Positions 1 through 10,540 of a stretch of 64,000 bases of DNA are shown piece after piece. Numbering within the stretch: position 1 is the stretch's first letter; each line of letters opens with the position of its first letter. This DNA is from Camelus ferus (Eukaryota), in NCBI RefSeq assembly GCF_009834535.1, contig NC_045696.1, forward strand, positions 82,028,001-82,092,000. Reading direction: 5' to 3'. Made by a program: the position numbers and the translations under genes. The notes beneath the pieces are model-generated. The model ran no database searches, had not been told where the DNA came from, and was given only the letters and a program-made list of their open reading frames with translations.

Positions 1-314
1 AAGATTAAATAGTATAGTACTGGCTAAGATAAAATCAGCTTTTAAATATTTTATTTCCATAAAACTACTTCAAGTAAGTAATCTGAGTATTTCTCAAAAT
101 AATATGTCAATATTACACAAGTTATTTGAATAAAACTATATATATTAAATTATCATAGCATAAATCATTCTGATGTCAATGTATATTGCACTGCACTTTG
201 TATAAATATATAGTGTATTTAAAATAACCACATAGTACTAATAGTATGTATTTTTCATCTGAAAAAATTAATCAGGGAATGAACATTCATAATATCTAAA
301 TTAGGCTAGAAAAG

Positions 315-881
315 TATTAATAATGCTTTTTATTTTGTATATTTTATGATGCTTTGACATCTTCATGGCCTTACTGACAGAGGAGAGACTGCCACTCCCA
401 GGGCTTTTATCTCTTCAAATTGTCCTAGAGACAGTGAATGACTCCTTCTGTGAATATGCCTTTCATATACAAACCAACCAATCCAAACTTCCTCCTTTAT
501 TTAATTCTCATACACCAAGCCAATACTCCCCTGGCCTTAGTCACCCCAGGGCCAGGTACTGGACAACTAGAAATCACCCCTATGGACCAGAGCCTGCCAC
601 AATTATTCAAACTATCCAATCCCAAATTTATTCAAACTTTCCTACACCATCTCGCTCATTCCTTTCAGCAAAAACCACAATAATGGCTCTGGGCCATGCT
701 TTCTCTTTCACTCCTGCCTCCAGACTGATCCTGGTGCTTCCCCGTGTGGCCCTGCATGGTGTGTTATGCCCCCTTCACTTGGGAACAGTAAATAATAAAT
801 TCTTCTTTCAAAAGTAGTTGTCCCTGTCTCTGTCACCTTACCATTCCTGATTAAAACAAATTCCAGGTGCAAATCAAGACA
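315..881 (+). mobile_element. Old solo LTR, ERVL class (MER54/MER74-like)
   Basis: Begins ttttgtatattttatgatgctttgacatc...; has AATAAA near 793 and ends ...aagaca; subfamily from memory. Confidence 0.65.
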
Positions 882-885
882 AATA

Positions 886-1102
886 CAGTTGACCCTTGAA
901 CAATATGGGAATTAAGGGCACCAACCCCTATGCAGCTGAAAACTTGTATATAACTTTACAGTCGGGCTTCTGTATCCACAGTTCCACATCTACAGATGCA
1001 ACCAACTGCAGATCATGTAAGTACGTTAGTACATATTTATTGAAAAAAATACATGTATAAGTGAAATTGCACAGTTCATTCATGTTGTTCAAGGGTCAAC
1101 TG
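886..1102. mobile_element. Tigger2/MER28-like non-autonomous TcMar DNA transposon
   Basis: Perfect 18-bp TIRs cagttgacccttgaacaa / ttgttcaagggtcaactg, flanked by TA on both sides. Confidence 0.9.
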
Positions 1103-1224
1103 TATAGTATTGTTTCTTAATTAAGAATAAAGAACTGAAGAAAAAAGAAGGCAATGCTCTATCCATCATGGATAAGAAGTGAAAGACCAAATACACCTTT
1201 TTCAGTGTGTTACTTGCAAACTTA

Positions 1225-1630
1225 TTTTTTCCAACACATTTATTGAGAGCTTACTATGTGCCTAGCACTGTGTGAGGCACTGAGTATGAGTAATGAACTA
1301 AACAGTTTTGTTCCCTGTCCTCATGAGACAGATTCACAGTTTAGAGAGAAAAAGTAGGCAAGAAAATAGGTGAACAAGCACAATTACAAACTGTGACACC
1401 TGCTCCAAGGGAAATAAGTACTGTGTAGTAACAGAGAATAATGGTGGGGAGGAATATTGTTCAGGGAAAAAAATTACTTAAAGAAATGACATTTATGCTG
1501 AGAATTAGAGGGAAATAAGGAATTAGATTTGCAAAATATGAGAAAGAATATTCCAGGATGGTATGGAAGGCTCTGAAGTAAGCAAAGTTTGGCATCTTTG
1601 AAGAACTGGAAGGAAACCATTTGCAGTGAT
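1225..1630 (-). mobile_element. LINE-2 3' fragment
   Basis: caacacatttattgagagcttactatgtgcctagcactg... typical L2 3' end in reverse orientation. Confidence 0.7.
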
Positions 1631-2439
1631 ATAGAAAAATATACGGTTAAGTGCAGAAGAGTATATATATTCCAATACCACTTTGCTAAAAGAGATACAT
1701 ACACATATGTATGTCAGTACATAGGAAATCAGAAAGAATATAAAATAGGCTATAAACATGGAAAGACACGGAAAGAGTGGATTATAGTGGACTCTCACTT
1801 TCTGTTTCATATGTATTTCTGCATTATTTAGAGTTTTGCACAATTTTGTATTCAGGATTTACTAAAGATAAATATTAAAATCAAACTCTGTACTTTTGTT
1901 TCTGTCACAAAACTTCCCCCCAACTTTTCATCCCTCTTCACTAGCTTTGCTTATTCCCTGTAATGTATTTTGTTCTGCCTCCTCTTGTCTCTGGCATTTT
2001 ATGTAATTGTGAGACTTATCTACCATAATTAGAATATTACAATTAAGACTGAATATGAAACTGATATGACACTGTTTAATACGTTAGGAGCACACAGGCA
2101 AAAATCTATTCTCAGATATAGACACAAAATATTTTAAAATACAGTGTAATCAAGTTAAAAAATAATGTATAATATAATTAACTTAAAAGTAAGGACTGCC
2201 TTATAAAAAATGCATAACTTTTGGAAATATGATAGAAGGATTGTTTTCCCTTACTCTAAGCATATGTTGCAAAATAACCCAAAAAGGTAATCAATAATAA
2301 CACCTATGCTTAGTGAACATTTATTATGCTCTACTGTTTAAATACATTATTTCATTTTTTATTTAACCTCTACAATAACTGTGGTAAACGTCCCCATTTT
2401 TCAGATTAGCAATCTGAGGATTAGAGAGGTTAAGTAACT

Positions 2440-3265
2440 TCATTAATTCAATGCATATTTATCAAGCCCTTAATGTTTAAAGAACTAGGAATATAGCAGT
2501 GAACAAAATGAGCAACTTACAACCTGAGGGTTGATAAGAGTAGTAAATAAATAAAAAAATATGTACATAACATAATGTCTGGAGCATTGAAGTGTTATGA
2601 AGAAAAGTGAAATGAGCTAAGGGACAGAAAGTGATGAGAAGGCCATGTTGGGTTAGGTGGTGGGGAGTGTGTTCTCAGGAGAAGATACTTGAGCAGAGTC
2701 CTGGATGAAGTCAGGATGTGAGATCTATGTGAGAGGTTTGCCCAGCTGGGGAAGTAGCAAGTGTGAGGAGGAAAAGCCAAAAGCCAGCGTGGCTGGAGAA
2801 GAGTGTGCAAGAAAAAACTCAGGTCTCCCCGCTGAGCATGATGCACAGCTACTGGACGATTTGAGCAGGACAGTGACATCATCTGATTTACAGTTGTGGA
2901 CGCTTACTGAATAGACTGTGGAGGACAAGAATAGAAGGAGGCCAGAGAGAGGGTATAGCTCAGTGGTAGAGTGCATGCTTAGCATGCACGAGGTCCTGGG
3001 TTCAATCCCCAGTGCCTCCATTAAATAAATAATTAATTAAATAAATAAACCTAATCTCCTCCCCCCAAAATAGAAGTAGGGTGACCTGTCAGGAGCCTAT
3101 CACAGACCAGGGGAGAAGAGATGGTGGCTTGGCTTCGGCTGATAACTACGGTGGTGGTGAGACATGTCAGATTGATTTGGTTTGCAGTCTGATAAATTCA
3201 TGCGTGTTCATGGTAGTATGGCTAGATATGAGGTTATCTTTTGAAGGTGGGGCTGACGGGATTGC
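2440..3265 (-). mobile_element. LINE-2 fragment interrupted by a SINE
   Basis: L2 3'-end signature at about 2445 and purine-rich L2 body on both sides of the SINE. Confidence 0.6.
2945..3069 (+). mobile_element. tRNA-Ala-derived SINE (camelid Vic-1 type)
   Basis: Head GGGTATAGCTCAGTGGTAGAG...GGTTCAATCCCCAGTGCCTCCA with A and B boxes; (TAAA)n tail; flanking direct repeat atagaaggagg / atagaagtagg. Confidence 0.88.
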
Positions 3266-4302
3266 AAGAGGTCATACAGCTAGCGAGTGACAGAGCCAGG
3301 ATTCAAATCTAAGTTTGTCTGATTCTATGGCCCTTGCTTATAACAGCTCTTCCAGGCTGCCACAATGCTATGGAAACACTATGGATAAAAGCGGACAGGA
3401 AGTGAAAGTACATAGAGCAGCTTCAAGTGTTTATCAAGCACCTACACGCTTGAAGTAAGGCTATGTGGCACAAGGCAAAAAACTCTGGACTTGGGGGGGT
3501 TAGGAAATTAGGAGATCAGAGTTCAAATTTTGCTTCTGGCATGGATTTCCTCAGTGTGGGTCACATGACATCTAATGTCCTTTCTGAGTTTAACACCTCC
3601 ATGTTTCTACTATTCAGCACCTGGGGAGATAGAGCACACTCAGTTCAGTGCCACCCACAGGTACACAAGGAGGGAAGATAAGAGTGATAAGTATATGATT
3701 AACATACTGATTATTGCAAAAGTAGATGAGAGATGGCGGGACTAGACTGTCTTTTCAGTTTCAATAATATTTGGTTTAGTAAAACTATCTGGTTTTGATA
3801 TATTATTTTTAAGTAAAAGAGAAAGCAAGTCCACACATTGTGTCATTCCAATCTATAGGATACACTAGAATTTTCTGTCTCATTCCTCCAAATATTCAAG
3901 CAGTCATTCCCTCAACAAGCATTTAAAACCTATTGCAAATTAGGCATACTCAGCATTTATTGACCAAATCCAGGTGAAGGAAGTCCTTGATATAAAGTTA
4001 AAAAAAAAAAAAAAGGACTTCTGTAGACTCTACATTTGGTTTTTTAAGACTGTTCAACAATCTTGTAAGGTGTTGTTCCTTTTTTTTTTTTCATGTTCTA
4101 AAACTAAAACTTAAAGCAGTTCAATCACTGACCCAAGGTGGCTCACTACTTTACCAGTATTCAAATTTGGGTCGCTGAAATTTTTGGCTCACCATACAGG
4201 ATATTATGAGAGCAGTCACAGTTGAGTTGGGGCATAGGACAGTGTATGTGTTCTATTAACTGCCCTGAAAGGGTGCAGCGCCAGGCGATCAGTGATGTAG
4301 AA

Positions 4303-4624
4303 TACAGGTCAGCATGCTTTTTCTGTAAAGGGCCAGAGAGTAAGTGGACCGTTACTGTGACTGTTGCAACTACTCAGCTCTGCCTTTGCGGCACAAAAGC
4401 AGCAGTAGATGATGAATAGCTGTAGATAAATGAATAAGCGTTACGGTGTTCCAGTAAGACCTTTTTAATGAACACTGAAATATAAATTTCACATAATTCT
4501 CACTTGTCCCAAAAATATTTTTCTTCCTGTGATACTTTTTTCAATTGTTAGAAAATGTAAAAAGACATTCTTAACTTGAGGGCCGTACAAAAACATGTGG
4601 CAGGCTGGATTTGGCCTGTGGGCT
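4303..4624 (+). mobile_element. MER58B-like hAT-Charlie element, left part; its right terminus resumes at about 7237-7254
   Basis: ttttctgtaaagggccag...ggatttggcctgtggg, then tagtttgccaatccctg after the LTR/ERV block. Confidence 0.75.
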
Positions 4625-4980
4625 TGTGTTAGTCTGTCTTGGCTGCTATAATAAATACCATAGACTGGGTGGCTTAAACAACAAACAATCATGTCTCACA
4701 GTTTTAGAGGCTGGAAAGTCCCAAACCAGGGTGCTGGCAGATATGTCTGGTGAGAACCTTCTTCCTGGTTTGCAGACAATGGCCACCTTGTTGCTGTATC
4801 CTCATACGGTGGAGAGAGATCATCTCTCTCATTTCTCTTCTTATAAGAGCACTAATCCCATTTAGAAAGGTTCCACCCTAATGACCTAAATACCTCCCAA
4901 AGGCTCTAAATACCATCACACTGGGGACTGGGGCTTCAACATTTGAATGCTGAGGGGACACAAACATTCAGTCCATAGTG
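4625..4980 (-). mobile_element. MaLR MLT1A/B-type LTR
   Basis: tgtgttagtc...ataccatagactgggtggcttaaacaac...acaaacattcagtccatag is the reverse complement of the MLT1 consensus. Confidence 0.85.
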
Positions 4981-7035
4981 GCTTGTAAAGGGGGCTCTGG
5001 CATCCCTGAAGGGCTCTGTGATCGTTCTTCTCTGTAGGCCAGACTTTACAGTGGGAACTGCAGGCACTGCACTGGGAAACCTAAATGCAATAGGAGTAAC
5101 TGGATCCTAGGGTAGCAGGGGCCAAGTGGCAGCACTCAACTGCGAAAGGCAAGGTAGGCATGGTTACCACGGCGGACAGCAGAGTCTGACAACACTCAGT
5201 CTGACTTATGCGGACCTATGTCATTAGCTGGTTGATCATGATGTTCCTAGAAGTGAAATGGATAGGAAACTGACTAAATTCTTACTTGAACTGACTATAT
5301 CAGTTGAAAAGTTCCAGGTCAAGTAAACAAAAGTCTAACCGGAATCATTAAAATGGAGTCATATCCCTTCAATCATTTCCCAGACTGGAGCCAGTTTACA
5401 GACCTCAGAATCTCTTAAATAAAGAGGAGGCCACATCCCCTAGAGGAAGGACACTGGTACACCAGCAAAAATTTGTATAGTTTTATATATCTTTATAACA
5501 TATTTATATCTATTTCCTCAGATTTCACCAAAGAGACCTACAACTTTTTAGTAGGGTAACTGTGCATTGGGGAAAAGGAAATAATCAGACCATTTGGGGA
5601 CTATTGACACTGGCTCTGAACTGACACTAATTCCAGGAGATCAAACATCACTGTGGTCCACCAGTCAGAGGAGGGGCTTATGGAAGTCAGGTGATCGATG
5701 GAGTTTTATCTCAAGTCTGTCTCACAATGGGCCCAGTGGTTCCCCAAACCCATCTTGTGGTTATTTTCCCAGTCCTGAAATGCATAATTAGAATAGATAT
5801 ACTGAGCACCTGGCAGAATCCCTACATCAGTTCCCTGGCCTGTGGAGTGAGGGCTATTATGGAGAGAAAGGCCAAGTGGAAGCCAGTAGACTTGCCTCTA
5901 CCTAGGGAAATAGTAAACTAAAAGCAATACTGTACACCTGCAGGGATTGCAGAGATTAGTGCCACTGCCTCCCCATTCAACTTGCCTGTCTGACCTATGC
6001 AGAAGGCAGATGGATTTTGGAGAATGACAGTGGATTACTGTAAGCTTAACCAGGTGGTGACTTCAATTGCAACTGCTATACCAGATGTGGTTTTACTGCT
6101 TGAGCAAATTAATACATCCCCTGGCATACAGCTATTGATCTGGCAAATGCTCTTTTCTTGATACCTATTAGTAAAGACCACCAGAAGTGGTTTGTTTTCA
6201 GCTGGCAGAGCCAGCAATTCCACCTTCACAATCCTACATCAGGGCTAAATCAACTCTCCAGCCCTACAATGCCATTAGTTCACAAGAAACTTGATCACAT
6301 TTTTCTTCCACAACATATCTCACTGGTCCATTATACTGATGATCAGATACAGTAAGCAATAAGTAGCAACTACTCTAGACTTATGGATAAGATATTTGCA
6401 TATCAGAGGGTGGGAAATACATCTGACCAAAATTCAGTGAAATTTCTTCTTCTATGTCAATGAAATTTCTAGAGGGTCCAGAGGTGTGGGACATGTTGAG
6501 ATATTCCTTCTAAGTGAAGGGTAAATTGTTGCTTCTGGCCCCTCCTATAAACAAAAAAGAAGCATAACACCTAGAGGGCATCCTTGGATTTTGGAGACTG
6601 CATATTCTTCATTTGGGTGTGTTACTTCAAACTACGTGGTAGAGACAGGTAGAGAAGGCTCCATTTGGAGCCTTTGGCAGCCCCTATAGGTGAATCACAG
6701 CACAGGGCCTTCGGATTTTGGAACAAAGCCCTGCCATTCTCTGCAGATAATAACTCTCCTTGGCCTTTTACTGGAACTTGGTAGAGACTAAATGCTCAAC
6801 TAGAGACTGAATGCTCAATTTAGTAGAGGCTGAGTGCTTAACTACGGTCACCAAGTTACCATGCAACCTGAGCTGCCATGAACTGAGTGTTGTCTGATGA
6901 GCCAGGCCATGAAGTTGGGTGTGCATTGCAGCATCCCATCATCGAATGGAAGTGGACTATACATGCTAGGGCCGAGCAGACCTTGAAGGCACAAGTGAGT
7001 TACACGAAGAAGTGGCCCAAATGCCCATGGTCCAC
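4981..7035 (+). mobile_element. Decayed ERVL internal region (gag end, protease, RT and downstream pol)
   Basis: Protease motif IDTGSELTLIPGD (about 5603); RT motifs WRMTVDY, IDLANA, LVHYTDD; many stops and frameshifts. Confidence 0.9.
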
Positions 7036-7230
7036 TGCCTTCTCTGTCCACCGTGCAAGGATACAGCGAGAAGGTGGCCCTCTGGAAACAGGAAGAGGGC
7101 TCTCACTGGACACTGAATCTGCCTGCGCCTTGATCCTGAACTTCCCAGCCTCCAGAACTGAGAGAAATAGGTGTTTGTTGTTTAAGCCACCCAGTCTGTG
7201 GTATCTGTTATAGCAGCCCAAACTAAGACA
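7036..7230 (+). mobile_element. MaLR MLT1-type LTR, 3' half
   Basis: gccttgatcctgaacttcccagcctccagaactgagagaaa...tagcagcccaaactaagaca. Confidence 0.85.
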
Positions 7231-7269
7231 GAAGTAATAGTTTGCCAATCCCTGATCTGGCATGCAGAC

Positions 7270-7392
7270 TACCCTGTCCAATAGCTGTCTATAATGATGG
7301 GAATGTTTTGTATCTTCACTGTACAATACAGTTGCCACTAGCTACATGTAGTTACTGAGGACTTGAAGTGCGAGGAACAAAAATTTTATCTA
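7270..7392. mobile_element. MER3-like hAT fragment
   Basis: ctgtccaatag...gccactagctacatgtagttactgag. Confidence 0.65.
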
Positions 7393-7790
7393 GTCCTCTT
7401 TTCCATTTCTGTAGCCCTTGTTTCTCTAAGGGTTAATACAGTTTCCCAGTAGTTTCCCTGTCTCTAGTTTCAGTTTCCTCCAATACATCATTGCTAGAGG
7501 AATTTTTCTAAAATCGAATAGGATGCTAGCATTTCTCCAAAGCAACATTTCCTGGAAACTTTAGAAAGAAGTTCAACCTGTTAGCATGACACATAAATCT
7601 TTCCCACAGGCATCACAAAGAGGTAAAAGACTTTCCTCTGTTTCATAAGATAAGTGATGATAAATTTCTAGAAGTAGTCCTTCTTCATACTTTGTCTCCT
7701 CTAACATCTCACCAAGTGGCTTGCGGAATGATGCAGTGAAGAAAACCTGGCTTTGGTCATGGAAAGTTTATGTTAGAACCCCGATTTCTG

Positions 7791-7828
7791 TTACATTCCA
7801 ACAGAGTCATTACATTCCAACAGAGTCA
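7791..7828. repeat. Perfect 19-bp tandem duplication inside a MIR
   Basis: ttacattccaacagagtca x2. Confidence 0.95.
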
Positions 7829-7954
7829 CGGTAGGCATTTAATCACCTTTAGCCTCAGTATACTTTTGTGCTAAGCGAAAGTGATAACTAGGGTTGTTGT
7901 GAAGATCAAATGAATCTGTGGAAATCCTCTGCTCTTAGTAGAAGGCTATACAAA

Positions 7955-8407
7955 TGTTACCGAGTCCAAACTCATTCTGCTCGCCGCATGACAGGCCAAT
8001 CAATCGAAGATGTGTGGGGGCAAGGAATAGCGACTTTATTTGGAAAGCCGGCAGACCGAGAGGATGGCAGACTAATGTCTTGAAGAATCATCTTCCTCAA
8101 GTCAGAATACAGGCTCCTTTTAAACTAAAAAAGGTGGGGGGAGGAGGTGTTGTTGGTTGTTGCAAACTTCTTGGTGTAGGAATTCTTTGTTCTCGCAGCT
8201 ATCCACAGTTGGGTCAGATCCAAACCTCCAACAAAACAAATGTTATTTTCTATTCTGCAAGTTGTTATCTTTATATAAGTGCGTAAGTGTTAATATCCTT
8301 TTACAAAAAGTGCAGAGCTAGCAAGACTAAGCCTAGAAAACAGGGCACAGGGTTAAAGCCAGAGGAGCAGATCTAATATGGAGTCAGATTTGTTCTTTTC
8401 TATTACA
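7955..8407 (-). mobile_element. Solo LTR, class I (ERV1-like), 453 bp, inserted in a MIR tail
   Basis: TG...CA termini; perfect 4-bp TSD CAAA (7951-7954, 8408-8411); minus-strand AATAAA at about 8035; CpGs retained. Confidence 0.85.
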
Positions 8408-9294
8408 CAAATACTAGTTGTTGTTACAATAAATATTGGGTTTTGAAATGTTTTTAAAAAGTAGCACCAACCTGACTTTACCTAATATATGGTCTGACTT
8501 TTAAAGCCAATCTGTGTGAGATGGCAATATAGACATAGGCCTTAGAGGTTCAAAGGAAAGAGATGAAAAGGAACAATTTTGGCCCATTTATTCCAAACAT
8601 TCCTTTGAATTATATATTTTTCATGTTTAAGTCTAAGACTGCTTTCTTCAGTTTTGTTTTAGTAAACAAAAATTTCAGTAATACCAATAAATAGTTGATT
8701 CTTGAGAGTTGAATGACAATAATATCATATAAGTAGTCAGAAAAGAAAAAGTAGTAATATCTCATTTTTAAGCACCTATGGGGACTTTTCAAAGAGAACT
8801 TTCTCAGTGAGTTCTCCTAGGAGTAGCAGGAAGGGCACTGCTTTCAGATGGGAAAATAAGGCAAAGAGACAGTGTTATCATACGGGAAAAAAACGGTAAA
8901 GGGTCAATTTAGTTTACATAGGAAGTATTCTTTTCCCTCCCTCAGGGGAGCCTCATCACAGGATTTTAAAGATTAAGCATACTTTTCATTAGACCACATC
9001 ACACTTTGTGATGAATTTCTATCACTACTTCATTTTTCAGTTCTTGAATGCTACTCCATCATGTTAAAAAAACGCAAAAAGAATATATCGTTTGTGATCA
9101 GTATGCTTTTCTCTGTGAAGGACAGTAAATACTTTTTATTCCTTTGACTTAAAGTATCCAAAGCACTTACCTGAATCTGTATCAGAACATTTAGATTGTG
9201 TGGATATTTCTACAAATCTCACTTCACTCTCTAGATTAAGACTTGTTGGAAGACAGGGACTTCTTTCACTCAACTTTACATGTCTGTCTCATTC

Positions 9295-9529
9295 TGTTAC
9301 CGGGAAAAGGGAAATAAGAATTACCTCGGTTCTCAGTCACCCGAAAAAAAATTTTTTTTTGACGAGAGACAAAAAGCGTGATATAAGTAAGATTTTTATT
9401 AGTGAAGTTAAAAAAAAATAGTAAAAGATAGTACACTCCTGAGAATTGGGAGCAGGCCAATCCGAGAGAGGAAAAAATGGCGCAGCTCCTTTGTTTTTCC
9501 GTTTCATATCCTGGCCTAGGGTGTTTTTG

Positions 9530-9568
<39 letters not shown>

Positions 9569-9825
9569 CAACCCAGGTTCCCTGTGCTCTGGCACATCCA
9601 TCCCCTTTTGGGCAGGTTCATTGGGTCAAGTTATACCACGGCCTTCTCTTATACACAGCTGCAGTGCTTTGATTTTAACTTGCTTCTTTTACTGGCCCTC
9701 ATTTAGAGAAAGTAAAAATTTCTGGAGTCCTTTTTCCTAAATGCAGACACACTTGCCATTTTCTGGGTTTTCCTTTCCCCTTCTTCTCCCCCTGCCCAGT
9801 GCTCATTTCTATCTACTGTCTAACA
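9295..9825 (-). mobile_element. Solo LTR, ERV1-like, 531 bp
   Basis: TGTTA...TAACA termini; near-TSD ATTC / ATCC; minus-strand AATAAA at about 9395. Confidence 0.75.
9530..9568. repeat. (GATT)n microsatellite within the LTR
   Basis: About 9.5 perfect units. Confidence 0.97.
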
Positions 9826-10389
9826 ATCCTGCTTGGAGTAATTGCCACACGTATATAATATAAAACCATATTAGCAAACTGGCATCCATTCCTGCTTGTT
9901 CCCTGCAATATTCAGGTCTGCAATCCCTACTAAGTGCTCAGTAAACTCCAGTTAAAGTAAAGAATGATATTCATAGGGTAATCAGGATGATTAACCACAC
10001 ACCTCATGGGCATTTGGAACACTATCTTTGAGCTTAAGAGAGGGACTCCTGGCTCAGACCCCCAAACTGCAATGTGTCCCAGGTAACAAGCCCTCCAGCT
10101 ATCATGGCATTTCGTTTATTCTGAGACCTCAGGATCCAATCTTCGTGGTATTTTCTTCCATCTCACTTTCTGCAGTTTACATAGGCTTTTGGTGTATTTT
10201 AAATACTCTTAAAAATTTTAATTTAACAGTCTAATCAGAACTTTTCACGTCTTGGTTACAGACCCCCTCCCCCAAACGAGTAAGACCCTAGGCAAGAGAA
10301 AGCAAGGGCCTGCAGGTGAGACACTAGGATCTCAACTGGGGAAACCTGGCCAACTCCCAGAGGGAGCAAGGCTTGAGATAGGACGGGGG

Positions 10390-10533
10390 ATTGGAAGCCG
10401 AGGACCTCACGTGACCTCGGGCCCCGGGCTGAGCGGACCCCGCCCCTTCGTCCGCCGCCGCAGCTGCCGCGGCCGCTGCCGCCGGGGGGCGCATGCGCAG
10501 CCCGTGTTAGTGATGGAGGAGAGAAGATGGCGG
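10390..10533 (+). promoter_or_regulatory. Core promoter motif cluster: inverted CCAAT (10390-10394), USF/TFE-type E-box TCACGTGAC (10407-10415), GC box CCCCGCCCC (10438-10446), NRF1 palindrome GCGCATGCGC (10489-10498), YY1 AAGATGGCGG (10524-10533)
   Basis: Exact consensus matches read from the sequence; occupancy not shown. Confidence 0.75.
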
Positions 10534-10540
10534 AAGCGGA
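10527..10540 (+). CDS. PHC3: PHC3 coding exon 1 (MAEA + GA)
   Basis: aagATGG strong Kozak context in the CpG island; donor GGA|gtgagt; phase 2 joins exon 2 to give MAEAEFKDH. Confidence 0.88.

Noticed and set aside
365..817. 150-aa ORF
   Set aside because: Lies inside an old LTR; no recognisable domain.
2949..3020. Genuine tRNA-Ala gene
   Set aside because: AT-rich tail, target-site duplication, no adjacent T-run terminator and a second diverged copy at 39261 indicate a SINE.
5594..6355. Functional or domesticated retroviral protease/RT
   Set aside because: Fragmented across frames by stops and frameshifts; the catalytic motif context is decayed.
7791..7828. Short direct repeats here, at 6779-6843 and at 31247-31324 as a CRISPR-like array
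   Set aside because: Adjacent duplications without spacers in eukaryotic repeat DNA.
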